Part shown: piece after piece, positions 18,629-28,610 of the stretch
Numbering within the stretch: the stretch's first letter is position 1
Layout of the letters: every line of letters begins with the position of its first letter
Origin: a virus
Lineage: Duplodnaviria; Caudoviricetes
Virus record (IMG/VR): IMGVR_UViG_3300021400_000128
Location: 72,916-136,915 of that record
Length of the DNA stretch: 64,000 bases
Strand: one strand, 5' to 3'
The notes under the pieces: model-generated
The model's database searches: none
The model's input: the letters and a program-made list of their open reading frames with translations, nothing else
What the model was told of the DNA's origin: nothing
Translations under genes and position numbers: made by a program

Positions 18629-20923
18629 TTATTTAGCAAACTCCCGAATCTGGTTCAGCCCTATGTATTTCTTTCCACCACTAACCAAAACTGGAACGCT
18701 CTGGATATCGTATTTTTTGGCAAACTCAGTTGTAGCTTCATCCTTCACGACAATCTTTTGATAATCGATCCCAGCTTGCTTCAGTACATTCTCAGCCATG
18801 TTGCAATTTGGGCATGTCTCTGTTGAGAAAAGCATATTAACATCCTTCTTTTCCTTGTGAAAGTTAGGATCATATTCTTTTCGCTCTTTGAATTCCTGCA
18901 CCTTCCCATCATTCCAATTGCGCAGCGGACGATAATATCCCGTGATTCTGCTGTACACTTCGGTTTCTTTTCCACATTGTGGACATTGAGCAACTTCACC
19001 TGTCAAATATCCATGGTCAGGACAAATTGAATACGTCGGGGATAGTGTGTAATACGGGAGATGATAATTTTCCGCTATTTTCCTTACAAGCTGCGCCGCT
19101 GCTTTCCACCCGCTCAATCTCTCGCCGAGAAATACATGGAATACGGTTCCGGACGTGTAAAGCGTTTGCAGTTTATCCTGAATATCCAGTGCTTCGAACA
19201 CATCTTCAGTATAACCGACAGGAAGGTGAGATGAGTTTGTATAATAAGGTGTTCCGTCTGACGCTGTTATTATTTCCGGCCATCGTTCTTTATCATGCTT
19301 CGCAAGGCGATATGATGTTGATTCTGCTGGTGTCGCTTCAAGATTGAATAAATTTCCGTATTTTTCCTGATAATCTGAAAGACGTTCCCGCATATGATTT
19401 AGAACATTTTCTGCAAACTTCTGCGTTTCAGGATTTGTCAGATCTTTTTTCAACCACTTCGCATTCAGTCCCGCTTCATTCATACCAACCAAACCAATTG
19501 TAGAAAAATGATTGTTAAACGTTCCGAGATAGCGTTTTGCGTAAGGATAGAACCCTGCATCAAGATATTTTGTGAGGACTTTTCTCTTAATATCTAAAGA
19601 ACGGGCAGCAATATCCATCATTTTATCTAATCGCTTATAAAAGTCAGTTTCATCTTTCGCAAGAAAAGCGATGCGGGGAAGGTTGATGGTAACAACGCCG
19701 ATCGATCCAGTACTTTCTCCGGAGCCAAAGAATCCACCTGATTTTTTACGCAGTTCACGAAGATCAAGGCGCAACCGACAACACATCGACCTCACGTCTG
19801 TTGGTTCCATATCGCTGTTGATGTAATTAGAAAAATAAGGTGTTCCGTACTTGGCGGCCATTTCAAAAAGCAGACGATTGTTTTCAGACTCCGACCAATC
19901 AAAATCTTTCGTGATAGAGTACGTCGGAATTGGGTACTGTAATCCACGACCATTTGCATCACCTTCAATCATCACTTCGATGAATGCTTTGTTTACCATA
20001 TCAGCTTCTTTTTGGCAGTCGCCATATGTGAAATCCATCGGTTCCCCTCCGACCAAAGCAGGCTGGTCTTTCAGGTCAGTAGGAATTCTCCAGTCCAGCG
20101 TGATGTTAGTAAATGGAGCCTGTGAACCCCATCGGCTTGGCGTGTTTACCCCGAAGACAAAAGACTGAATGCAGTTTTTTACATCTTCATATTTCAGGTG
20201 ATCCGCTTTTACAAAAGGAGCTAAATATGTATCAAAAGAGGAAAATGCCTGTGCACCAGCCCATTCGTTTTGCATTATTCCAATAAAATTCACCATCTGA
20301 TTACATAGAGAGGATAGATGCCTCGCCGGAGCAGATGTGATTTTACCAGGAACACCGCCAAGTCCTTCCTGGATCAACTGTTTCAGCGACCATCCGGCAC
20401 AGTATGGAGCTAACATGGCAAGGTCGTGAATGTGAATATCAGCATTTCGGTGTGCATCACCGATTTCCTGATCGTAAATTTCACTCAGCCAGTAATTTGC
20501 CGTAATAGCTCCACTGTTGGAAAGAATCAGTCCGCCAATAGAATAAGTTATGGTCGAATTTTCTTTAACTCTCCAATCAGAACTATCAACATAACTGTTG
20601 ACCAATTCTTTGTAGTCAAGGAAAGTGCTTTTTAGATTTCGGATATTTTCTCGCTGTTTGCGATAAAGGATATAGGATTTCGCAACATCTGAATATCCGG
20701 CTTGACTAAGAATTGTTTCCACACTATCCTGAATATCTTCAACGTTAATCGTATTATTCTTCACCTTTGATTGGAAATCTGCCGTAACCTGTATTGCAAG
20801 CATTTCTAAAACATCTGGAAATACAGTTTTTTCTTCCGCAAGAAAGGCTTTTTCCATAGCGTGAATAACTTTTTGAATATCGAACTTAGCATGACTGCCA
20901 TTTCTCTTTATCACATCACACAT
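18629..20923 (-). CDS. nrdD: Anaerobic (class III) ribonucleoside-triphosphate reductase with ATP cone and C-terminal glutaredoxin-like domain
   Basis: VIKRNG ATP cone; IHIHDL; SMCCRL; YSRITGYYRP glycyl-radical motif; CPNC...IQSVP. Confidence 0.95.
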   Translation of the reverse strand: MCDVIKRNGSHAKFDIQKVIHAMEKAFLAEEKTVFPDVLEMLAIQVTADFQSKVKNNTINVEDIQDSVETILSQAGYSDVAKSYILYRKQRENIRNLKSTFLDYKELVNSYVDSSDWRVKENSTITYSIGGLILSNSGAITANYWLSEIYDQEIGDAHRNADIHIHDLAMLAPYCAGWSLKQLIQEGLGGVPGKITSAPARHLSSLCNQMVNFIGIMQNEWAGAQAFSSFDTYLAPFVKADHLKYEDVKNCIQSFVFGVNTPSRWGSQAPFTNITLDWRIPTDLKDQPALVGGEPMDFTYGDCQKEADMVNKAFIEVMIEGDANGRGLQYPIPTYSITKDFDWSESENNRLLFEMAAKYGTPYFSNYINSDMEPTDVRSMCCRLRLDLRELRKKSGGFFGSGESTGSIGVVTINLPRIAFLAKDETDFYKRLDKMMDIAARSLDIKRKVLTKYLDAGFYPYAKRYLGTFNNHFSTIGLVGMNEAGLNAKWLKKDLTNPETQKFAENVLNHMRERLSDYQEKYGNLFNLEATPAESTSYRLAKHDKERWPEIITASDGTPYYTNSSHLPVGYTEDVFEALDIQDKLQTLYTSGTVFHVFLGERLSGWKAAAQLVRKIAENYHLPYYTLSPTYSICPDHGYLTGEVAQCPQCGKETEVYSRITGYYRPLRNWNDGKVQEFKERKEYDPNFHKEKKDVNMLFSTETCPNCNMAENVLKQAGIDYQKIVVKDEATTEFAKKYDIQSVPVLVSGGKKYIGLNQIREFAK

Positions 20924-20939
20924 TTCTCTCTCCTCTTAT

Positions 20940-21614
20940 TTAACGCACCATTGTTTTTACATATTTATTTCCAATGGAACGATATTCTTTCATTTCCTCT
21001 GATGTCGGTGAATGCAGACCGCGTTGAAACACCTCCGTTGTATCCATGAAAGGCTGTAAATACCAGATAGTGGATCCTTGTAAATACCTTCCGGTTTCTT
21101 CGATATCCCTTTGGGAATGAAATTCTCTGACAACGGTCGTGCGAAATTCATAAGGAACACCACTACTACGGATAATTTCTATCGATTGCTGAATAAGATC
21201 GGTTTTCAGATTTTGGATTCCGGATGTTTTAGCGTATTTTTCAAAAGAGTTTTTTACATCCATTGCAATGTAATCAATGATATTTTGTGTTAGTATCTTT
21301 TGTAAAGTTTCAGGATTGCTTCCGTTCGTATCAAGTTTGATGGAATATCCAATCTGCTTGATTTCCTGCAAAAAAGGAATAATATCTTGATGTATTAAAG
21401 GTTCTCCACCTGTTACACATACACCATCTATTATTCCTTTGCGCTTTTGCAGATATTGAAAAACAGTTTCCGGATCAATTGATTCATCACCATTCACAAT
21501 CCCACTGTTATAACAAAATGGGCAGTGAAAATTACAACCTGTCGTAAATATTACGCAGGCTGTTTTATCCGGATAATTTAGCAAACTGAGCTTTTGGAAT
21601 CCGCCAATCTTCAT
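20940..21614 (-). CDS. nrdG: Anaerobic RNR activating radical-SAM enzyme
   Basis: CNFHCPFC, TGGEP, KLDTNGS, YEFRTT. Confidence 0.92.
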   Translation of the reverse strand: MKIGGFQKLSLLNYPDKTACVIFTTGCNFHCPFCYNSGIVNGDESIDPETVFQYLQKRKGIIDGVCVTGGEPLIHQDIIPFLQEIKQIGYSIKLDTNGSNPETLQKILTQNIIDYIAMDVKNSFEKYAKTSGIQNLKTDLIQQSIEIIRSSGVPYEFRTTVVREFHSQRDIEETGRYLQGSTIWYLQPFMDTTEVFQRGLHSPTSEEMKEYRSIGNKYVKTMVR

Positions 21615-21800
21615 TCTTTCGTCCTATAGCAAAAATAAAAGAAAGCACAATTCAATTACGAAATGTGCCTTCTTAGGGTCTGAGGTAATTATAACTGATT
21701 TTCTTTATGTGTTTTTTTTATTTTAATTGGCGATATCCTTGATGGAATATACTTATCATCTGTTTACTGAATTATCGCCGGATATATGAGCTTCGACATA

Positions 21801-22124
21801 TTACCTTTCCTGGTACTTCGGACATTTCTCATTATCGAAATATACCCCAGTGGGTTTTGTTTCATACTTTTCACATGATCCGGCAGTGTAGTCTGTTGTC
21901 TTACGACCGCTGAACATCTTTCCTGCAAATTTACACGTTCTGCAAGCCATGTTCTTTTGCTTTTCACGCTGACGCTCTGCTGATGCCGCCATAGCTTCAT
22001 CTTCTGAATAATAACGGAGCCATACGCTTTTCCTGCTGTCTGAAAGACTGTTAAATTCCTTCTTTTCTTCATCTGAAAGGTCATTCCAGATTTCATCCAA
22101 ATATTTTTTCTCACTATCTGTCAT
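21801..22124 (-). CDS. Small Cys-rich protein downstream of ART gene (possible immunity partner)
   Basis: CRTC...C..YE.KP..V.F....CPKY. Confidence 0.6.
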   Translation of the reverse strand: MTDSEKKYLDEIWNDLSDEEKKEFNSLSDSRKSVWLRYYSEDEAMAASAERQREKQKNMACRTCKFAGKMFSGRKTTDYTAGSCEKYETKPTGVYFDNEKCPKYQER

Positions 22125-22136
22125 TTTTCACCTTCT

Positions 22137-23033
22137 TTAAATTTTACTCCAATCAATTTCAGGGCGTTCAATAGTTTTTGCATCTTGTCCAACTATAGTA
22201 AACACGACTTGTGGAGTTCCATATCTACCACCAGTTCTGTTGATCGCAATCGGTTTCAGTTTATAACCTCTCTGTAAGATGATTTCAAATTCAGTTCCAT
22301 AATCAGATTGTTTTGAAACACCATCCCATCCTAAACCGCTTCCCATCCCATGAATACTAAAAGGTTCTGCGTAAATACCTTTTGATCCTTTCGGTACAAA
22401 AATCTTCATTTCCACGCCACTAAATCCACTTTCAGAAGTCGCACCTGTTGACATAAAGTTATTAACATCTATGATTTTACCTTGATCGATGGCTTCCTGA
22501 ACACCATCCAACATTGCTGGTATAGGCTGAGCAAGCATTAAACCAAACATTCTGTTCATATGTCGTGTTGATACTCCGCGCCGCACCCAGATATCTTCTG
22601 GAATCTCGGTTTTATCCAAAGCAGCTGTCAGCTGATTCACACGTTCCATTGTTCCATCGTAAAGGTATTCTGTAGGATCCAGTCTTCCACCTAATAATTT
22701 ATTCATTGAATCATAAGCACCACCGGTAAATTCATAAGCAGCATCTCTTTCATCATCTGTAAAGCTATTCCATGCTTTACCGGAGCTTTCCCGGAATTTA
22801 TCATCAACTTCTTGTTTGTCTTTAGTCCATATCGCATTATCTAATCGTTTTTGATCGTATGATTCACGGTATGGGCTTTGATTTTCTGAATTCTGCTGTC
22901 TTCTTTTTTCTCGTTCCGCTTCTTTTGCTGCTTGTCTCTTGCGTTCAAGATCATCAATTTCAGTCTGCGGAGCTCCATTCAGCCTTGCATTGGCTATTTT
23001 CTTTGCTAATCGATAACTTGCTGATCCACCCAT
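22137..23033 (-). CDS. MGG-leader protein with VIP2/Alt-like ADP-ribosyltransferase domain
   Basis: MGGSASYRLAKKIA start; R (VRRG), S-T (FMSTG) and E-x-E (TEFEIILQRG) catalytic motifs. Confidence 0.85.
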   Translation of the reverse strand: MGGSASYRLAKKIANARLNGAPQTEIDDLERKRQAAKEAEREKRRQQNSENQSPYRESYDQKRLDNAIWTKDKQEVDDKFRESSGKAWNSFTDDERDAAYEFTGGAYDSMNKLLGGRLDPTEYLYDGTMERVNQLTAALDKTEIPEDIWVRRGVSTRHMNRMFGLMLAQPIPAMLDGVQEAIDQGKIIDVNNFMSTGATSESGFSGVEMKIFVPKGSKGIYAEPFSIHGMGSGLGWDGVSKQSDYGTEFEIILQRGYKLKPIAINRTGGRYGTPQVVFTIVGQDAKTIERPEIDWSKI

Positions 23034-23118
23034 AGAAAAGACACCTCCTAATCAAGATGCCCTTTCTTAGAGCGCACATCTTTTTATTTGTTTACTATTA
23101 TTTTAACTCCGTACAATT

Positions 23119-23553
23119 TTATTTAGTTGTTTTTTTATATCCGGGCCATTCAGGAAGGTTTCCTAATTTCCTAATAAATCGTTCAGTTTTTTCATTCTGA
23201 ACTTTTAGATTATTTTCAATATCTTCATATTCTTTTTCATTGTAGCTAATACCATTATCACGAAGCAATTGAACAAATTCATTTACAGTCATGTTGTTTT
23301 CCTCTCGAACAGCTTTAATCTGTTCACCTGTCAGTAATCCGTGAAACAAGCGATTAGCAACAGTATATTTTCTATCTAAATCGCTACTGTCCACATTATA
23401 TCCGTCACCACATTCAGGACATTTCCAATAAATAACGGTTCCTGTTATAACATCGTTACCGATATAACCTTCTTGAATTTCAGAAACAAGTGTATGCATT
23501 GTGTATTCTTGACAATCTGAACAAAACATTTTTTTCTGTTCACCAATATTCAT
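23119..23553 (-). CDS. MqsA-like antitoxin (zinc ribbon + HTH)
   Basis: FCSDC...KCPECG...GLLTGEQIKAVRE. Confidence 0.7.
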   Translation of the reverse strand: MNIGEQKKMFCSDCQEYTMHTLVSEIQEGYIGNDVITGTVIYWKCPECGDGYNVDSSDLDRKYTVANRLFHGLLTGEQIKAVREENNMTVNEFVQLLRDNGISYNEKEYEDIENNLKVQNEKTERFIRKLGNLPEWPGYKKTTK

Positions 23554-23557
23554 CGTC

Positions 23558-24316
23558 TTATCCTCTCTGTTCATCTGTAGCACTGTTTCTCATCGGTGCT
23601 GTCCTGTGGAGACCGACTAAAACAGCATATGGCTTTCCATCGTTACTATGAAAAGGGTGCACTTTCACATAAGTCCTGATACTTTCACCGCTGTTATTTG
23701 TAACGAACGTCTCAAACTCCCATAAATAATCATTTTCTGGTATTCCATCTATTATAGGTGTCTGTCTTGCATCTAACACTCTCCTTAAATTTTCTGGAGT
23801 GAGTTGTGGCATTACCTGTTCTAATATTGCTTTATAATCTGGCATATCATTGTATTGTAAATAATTACGATTTTTTACTTTACCATCAAAAAACAAGAAT
23901 CCACCCTTTTCTGTTTCTATGTCTCCTGTAATTAGTCTGTTAACCGCATTGGTTTCAGGTGAGCCATTTCTATCTTCTGGAGACACTTTATCGTCATCAT
24001 TTAAATTATCAATTGCTAACATTCTTTGTAAGAATCCGACGACTTCCCTTCCGGTCTGTGGCAATGGAGTCATCGCTGCCCTGCCTGTAGCCGTCGGATT
24101 CTCGAATTTGTCTAATACACGGTTTTCCAGTGTCCGTAATATGTTTGTTCGCTGTTCTGCTATCGGCTCTGCCATATTTGCAAGAGCCATATGATCTTCA
24201 ATCGTTATATTGATATTATGAAAGCGATGATTGACAGGCTTCCCGTCTTTTCTGAAATAAATTCCGTTTCTTCTGTAATATCGTACCGCACCTGAATTGT
24301 CTCTGCCACCGCCCAT
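23558..24316 (-). CDS. MGG-leader protein with MqsR/RelE-like C-terminal domain
   Basis: MGGGRD start; KNRNYL...LTPEN...LWEF...TYVK...LVGLH; directly upstream of an MqsA-like gene. Confidence 0.55.
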   Translation of the reverse strand: MGGGRDNSGAVRYYRRNGIYFRKDGKPVNHRFHNINITIEDHMALANMAEPIAEQRTNILRTLENRVLDKFENPTATGRAAMTPLPQTGREVVGFLQRMLAIDNLNDDDKVSPEDRNGSPETNAVNRLITGDIETEKGGFLFFDGKVKNRNYLQYNDMPDYKAILEQVMPQLTPENLRRVLDARQTPIIDGIPENDYLWEFETFVTNNSGESIRTYVKVHPFHSNDGKPYAVLVGLHRTAPMRNSATDEQRG

Positions 24317-24386
24317 AGGGATGCCCTCCTTTTTCGATTAGGACACCCCTTCTTAGGGCGCATGTCACTCGATTTAATTATACAAC

Positions 24387-24502
24387 TTGACACTCCCCAT
24401 GCCTAAAGGCAGGGGATTCTTGCTTCACCCACCACAGCATGATTTTCATCACGTCTTACACGATGTCCACAAGCGTTGATTCCCGTGTGTCCCACGGTAT
24501 TT
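24387..24502 (-). ncRNA. TnpB omegaRNA (reRNA) scaffold overlapping the tnpB 3' end
   Basis: ACCGTGGGACACACGGG hairpin ... GTGAAGCAAGAATCCCC ... GTGTCAA. Confidence 0.8.
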
Positions 24503-25599
24503 TCTTTTAAAATTTCCAATCCTTTATTCAGAATGTTGATCGCTGCATTAGCATCACGATTATGATGAGTTCCACATTTTGGACAGTCCCATTCTCGGAT
24601 CGATAAATCCTTTACTTCAGGATTTTTATATCCGCATTGGTTACATGTCTGACTGCTTTCATAGAAGCGTGGTATTTTAACTAATATTCCTTTCCTGTCA
24701 CTCATCTTGTATTGCAGCATTCTGAAAAATTCACTCCAACTTACATCTGCGATTGATCGTGCTAATTTATGATTTTTCATCATTCCTTTGATGTTCAGAT
24801 CTTCAACACATACAACTTGATTCTCGTTTGCAAGTGTTGTTGTCACTTTATGAAGGAAATCTGTTCTGATATTAGTCACTTTTTCGTAAGCAATCGCAAC
24901 TTTTATTCTCTGCTTTTCTCTGTTGTTGCTCCCCTTTACTTTTTTTGACATTCTTCTTTGTGTTCTTGCAAGTTTTTTTGCGTATTTTTTATATGTTTTC
25001 GGATTCGGGATACTATTTTCATTACTGTCAACAAGAAAATCTTTGATCCCAACATCTATTCCAATAATGCCTCCGTTATTTGTCAATTCAGGTTCATCTG
25101 TCTCAACACAAAGCGAAACATAATACTTTCCACTCATCGATTTACTTATTGTTGCATTCAGGATTCGTCCATCGAAGTGTTTCAGTCCTTTATATCTGAC
25201 ATAACCGATTTTAGGTAGCTTGATTGTATTTGCGACAAGCCTAATTCCGTTACTCTGATTTCTTGTTCTGAAAGATTGTTTTCTTTTCTTTGAATGGAAC
25301 TTTGGGAATCCGGCATTCCTTTTGAAGAAATTTTGATAAGCCTTATCTAAATCCTTCAAAGTCTCTTGATATGCCATGCTGTCGGTCAGGTTTAGCCATT
25401 CTTGAGTTCCGTCTTTTTTTAGCTCCGTCAACAACCGCATCGTTTCATACATTGACACTGATTTCTTTTCTTCTTTGTATGACTTAATCCGAAGATCAAG
25501 AAAATGATTATATACATAGCGAACATTTCCAAATGTCTGCTCAATTTGGCTCTTTTGTTCTCTCGTTGGATATAATCTCGCCTTGTATCCTTTGTTCAT
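24403..25599 (-). CDS. tnpB: RNA-guided endonuclease TnpB
   Basis: YKARLYP HTH; RuvC GIDVG / VEDL / RDANAA; CNQC...CPKC. Confidence 0.95.
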   Translation of the reverse strand: MNKGYKARLYPTREQKSQIEQTFGNVRYVYNHFLDLRIKSYKEEKKSVSMYETMRLLTELKKDGTQEWLNLTDSMAYQETLKDLDKAYQNFFKRNAGFPKFHSKKRKQSFRTRNQSNGIRLVANTIKLPKIGYVRYKGLKHFDGRILNATISKSMSGKYYVSLCVETDEPELTNNGGIIGIDVGIKDFLVDSNENSIPNPKTYKKYAKKLARTQRRMSKKVKGSNNREKQRIKVAIAYEKVTNIRTDFLHKVTTTLANENQVVCVEDLNIKGMMKNHKLARSIADVSWSEFFRMLQYKMSDRKGILVKIPRFYESSQTCNQCGYKNPEVKDLSIREWDCPKCGTHHNRDANAAINILNKGLEILKENTVGHTGINACGHRVRRDENHAVVGEARIPCL

Positions 25600-25724
25600 A
25601 CAACACTCACTCGAATAATATTAATATTACCGTCTTTCATCCCCATAGCTAAAGCAAGGGGCTTTTCGGCGATTTTTGGTAATCGCCCAACTGTCCGCTC
25701 AGTTCCATTTGAAAACGTGTCATT

Positions 25725-25852
25725 GCCAACCTCCGTTCAAAATTCATTCAACTTACATTTATTATTATATTTATTATTATATATTTGTCAATGCGTTTAC
25801 TTATTTTTATTACATTGATTCACAAAAAGAAAACCGGATCAACTCCGGCTTT
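25725..25852 (-). promoter_or_regulatory. Terminator + early promoter cassette
   Basis: CCGGA..TCCGG hairpin; TTGACA at 25786-25791; TAAATGTAAGTTGA leader. Confidence 0.8.
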
Positions 25853-26349
25853 CGACAATTCAAAAAGTTTTCTTCGTTTATATTAATTAGTTTCATAATA
25901 TTTGCACGCTTTCAGATAATATTTAGAATTATCAGATTCATCATAATGTTTTAATCGTAAACGATCCAATTCTTTTTGTGCTGTTTCTTTGTTATCATAA
26001 ATGCCAACAATTTCATAACATAATTCTGTATTCAAAAAAGCCCAGAAAGAATAATACTTATGGACGATCGCATAACATTCTTTACTATTCATCATTTCAT
26101 GTCCCTCTCAAACCAGCAATTATAATAATTTATTACTTTGAATAGATGGGAGTCATTAACCGTTTTTCCGATATTTTCAACATCGTAATAATGTTTATGA
26201 TTCATGCAGATTCTATTGACACTGTGAAGATCAACTTTAGTTTTTGAACTTAACTTCACTTCAAAATATAAAGCATCCGCATCAGAATCATAATAAGAAC
26301 AATAATATGATACTCTGTCTGCGAATGAGTTAATCACATATCTCATGAT

Positions 26350-27138
26350 TTAACTGCCCTGGTACTTTGTTTCAAATCTCTTCACAATATCTAATAGACG
26401 ACTGTCAAGATATTTCTCGGCAAGTTCTCTTATTTCGTCAGGTACACCGTAATACGCCTCCGCCATGCCACCTGCCATACAGGCAATCGTGTCACTGTCT
26501 CCGCCGATGGATATTGCTGTCCGGATCGTGTCTTCAAATGAAATGGATTCAAGAAATGCTTCTATTGCCTGAGGTACGCTGTCCATACACGTTTCCACAT
26601 GTTTATACGTCGGACGGATTTCATCACAGGTGAAATTCAGCTTGTAGTATTTCCGGTTCACCATTTCCCGTATATCTGCCAGCGGAGCTTTTTCTTTTGC
26701 CATCATCATGACCTCAGTGACGGCCAACGCACCTTTAATCCCTTCAGGGTGATTGTGCGATACCTCTGTCACTGCTTTAGCTGTCTCCAGTGCTTCTGTA
26801 AGGTCATTACAGGCAAAAGCAACAGGGCTAATCCGCATCCCTGCACCATTACCCAGGCTGTTATAAGGTTCTGTCAGTCCATTCATGATCCAGGTATAGA
26901 AGAATCTGCCATATCCACAGTTTGGGTAATGTTTCCCGATTTCGTGCATGGTTCGTATCGCTGCCTGCTGCATGGTCTCATTTTCGCCTTTTGTCAGCAG
27001 TGCTTCCGCAATAGCACAAGTCATCACAGTATCATCTGTAAAGGTACATTCCGGAGCAATTAGCATAAATTTCTTTGATTTATGGTTGTGAAACTCGAAT
27101 CTGCTCCCGGCAATATCTCCAACAATAGCTCCAATCAT
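26350..27138 (-). CDS. ADP-ribosylglycohydrolase (DraG family)
   Basis: GAIVGDIAGS, FTDDT, GNGAGMR, SHNHPEG, GGDSDT. Confidence 0.92.
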   Translation of the reverse strand: MIGAIVGDIAGSRFEFHNHKSKKFMLIAPECTFTDDTVMTCAIAEALLTKGENETMQQAAIRTMHEIGKHYPNCGYGRFFYTWIMNGLTEPYNSLGNGAGMRISPVAFACNDLTEALETAKAVTEVSHNHPEGIKGALAVTEVMMMAKEKAPLADIREMVNRKYYKLNFTCDEIRPTYKHVETCMDSVPQAIEAFLESISFEDTIRTAISIGGDSDTIACMAGGMAEAYYGVPDEIRELAEKYLDSRLLDIVKRFETKYQGS

Positions 27139-27153
27139 TTTTTTATTCCTTGC

Positions 27154-27672
27154 TTAGTTTTTGGTTACACTGTAACTTATGATTTCATTTAGATATTCAT
27201 TCTTTGCTTGCCATTCAGCACTGTCTTCATCAAGATCGATCATTTCATTCATCATGGCGATTCCTGCTTCTGTCTCATAGCGGTAAATGGGTTTTAGCGT
27301 ATATTCTGCATCGCCATCGAGCATTTTTGTTTTTGTCAGGCATTCCCAGCAATGGCCATAGCTTTCACCATTCCATCCATTTAGAACATAATACTTTTTA
27401 CCGAGCTGAATGATTTCGTGTGCACCGTCATTCATCCAATAGCCCCGGTGATGATACTCAGGAAATTCACATTCACCACGAAGTTCATAAGCGTTCATTT
27501 CATTGTCTGCTAATGGTTCTGCATATTCTATCTCACCCCATGCCCAGAGCTTGCGACCGTCCGCAGTGGAGATCTGCTTTTTTCCTTCGGGATAATTCTC
27601 GATCCTTGTAGGCTTCCCCGGATATGTGCCGATACCAACCGGGCGCATTATTGAATAATATCTGTACGTCAT
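27154..27672 (-). CDS. Protein with DarA_C-like (defence against restriction A C-terminal) domain
   Basis: YRYYSIMRPVGIGTYP...AWGEIEYAEPL...AYEL. Confidence 0.6.
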   Translation of the reverse strand: MTYRYYSIMRPVGIGTYPGKPTRIENYPEGKKQISTADGRKLWAWGEIEYAEPLADNEMNAYELRGECEFPEYHHRGYWMNDGAHEIIQLGKKYYVLNGWNGESYGHCWECLTKTKMLDGDAEYTLKPIYRYETEAGIAMMNEMIDLDEDSAEWQAKNEYLNEIISYSVTKN

Positions 27673-28610
27673 TCTGTCTCCTTTACTCTTGGATGATTTC
27701 ACAATCTGTCACCTGTCTCCACCCGAATTTTCCTTTCCGCTTAATTTTGTATTCGTGCATATTATGCCTCCGTGACAGGCTCCCATTCGGTTACATCACG
27801 CTGCACAATGCGATATTTTTCAGGGTCTTGACCTTTAATACTGTTCTGAGCTTTCTCTAAATGGATATAGTAGCAATAATAAGGGTCGTCCATCACCCAA
27901 TATCCATCCTGCTTCCGTTGAACCCTATACTCCTTCATAATCTACTCCTTAGTATTCAAAAATCGGATTGTACAGATCCAGGTCGATACCTTTTTCTTCT
28001 GCCTGTCTGGCGATTTCTGCACTCAGGATTTCCCGTTCCTTATCCTCATCATCTAAAGGTGTTGTTTCTGCATACAGTTCAATACCTTTGATGTTAACAA
28101 ACATATAAGCAACACCGTAATCGCCATAGCGAGACTGTCCGTTTTCATATACCGCTTTTACGTCTTTGTCTTTGTTGCCTTTCCAGATTTTCATCACGAC
28201 CTCCTTACATTTCGTTGTACCAAAATTGATTCAGGCAAAAATTTCTCTCAGTATCGATTTCTGCGATCAATCCGTGTCCCTGGTTCAGAAGCATTTCCTT
28301 TGCTGTCTCAAAGTCGTTAGAGCCATAATCCCACGCATCCTCAGATGATTCCTGAACTGCGTACCAAATTCGATTTTCCATTTCAACCTCCTTTACGCAA
28401 TGATCCAAAGAATATCGGTGATAGCACGGGCATAGCCATCTTTCCAGTCCTGGTTATCCGTTTTCGGATATCCGCCGTTACCGTTTTTCTGCTGATAGCT
28501 TTCCAGCCGCTTTGCAAGTTCCTCGATTGTCATGCTGTATTTGGAATTTTCGTTATTCATAAATTAACCTTTCTTACCACAGTTTTTTTCTGGCGGGAAA
28601 CCCCGAAGCT

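Larger units (their letters stand above)
24387..25678 (-). mobile_element. IS605/IS1341-type element (tnpB only)
   Basis: Right end ...GGGGAGTGTCAA at 24387; left-end hairpin at 25641-25661; TAM-like TTAC at 25679-25682. Confidence 0.9.
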
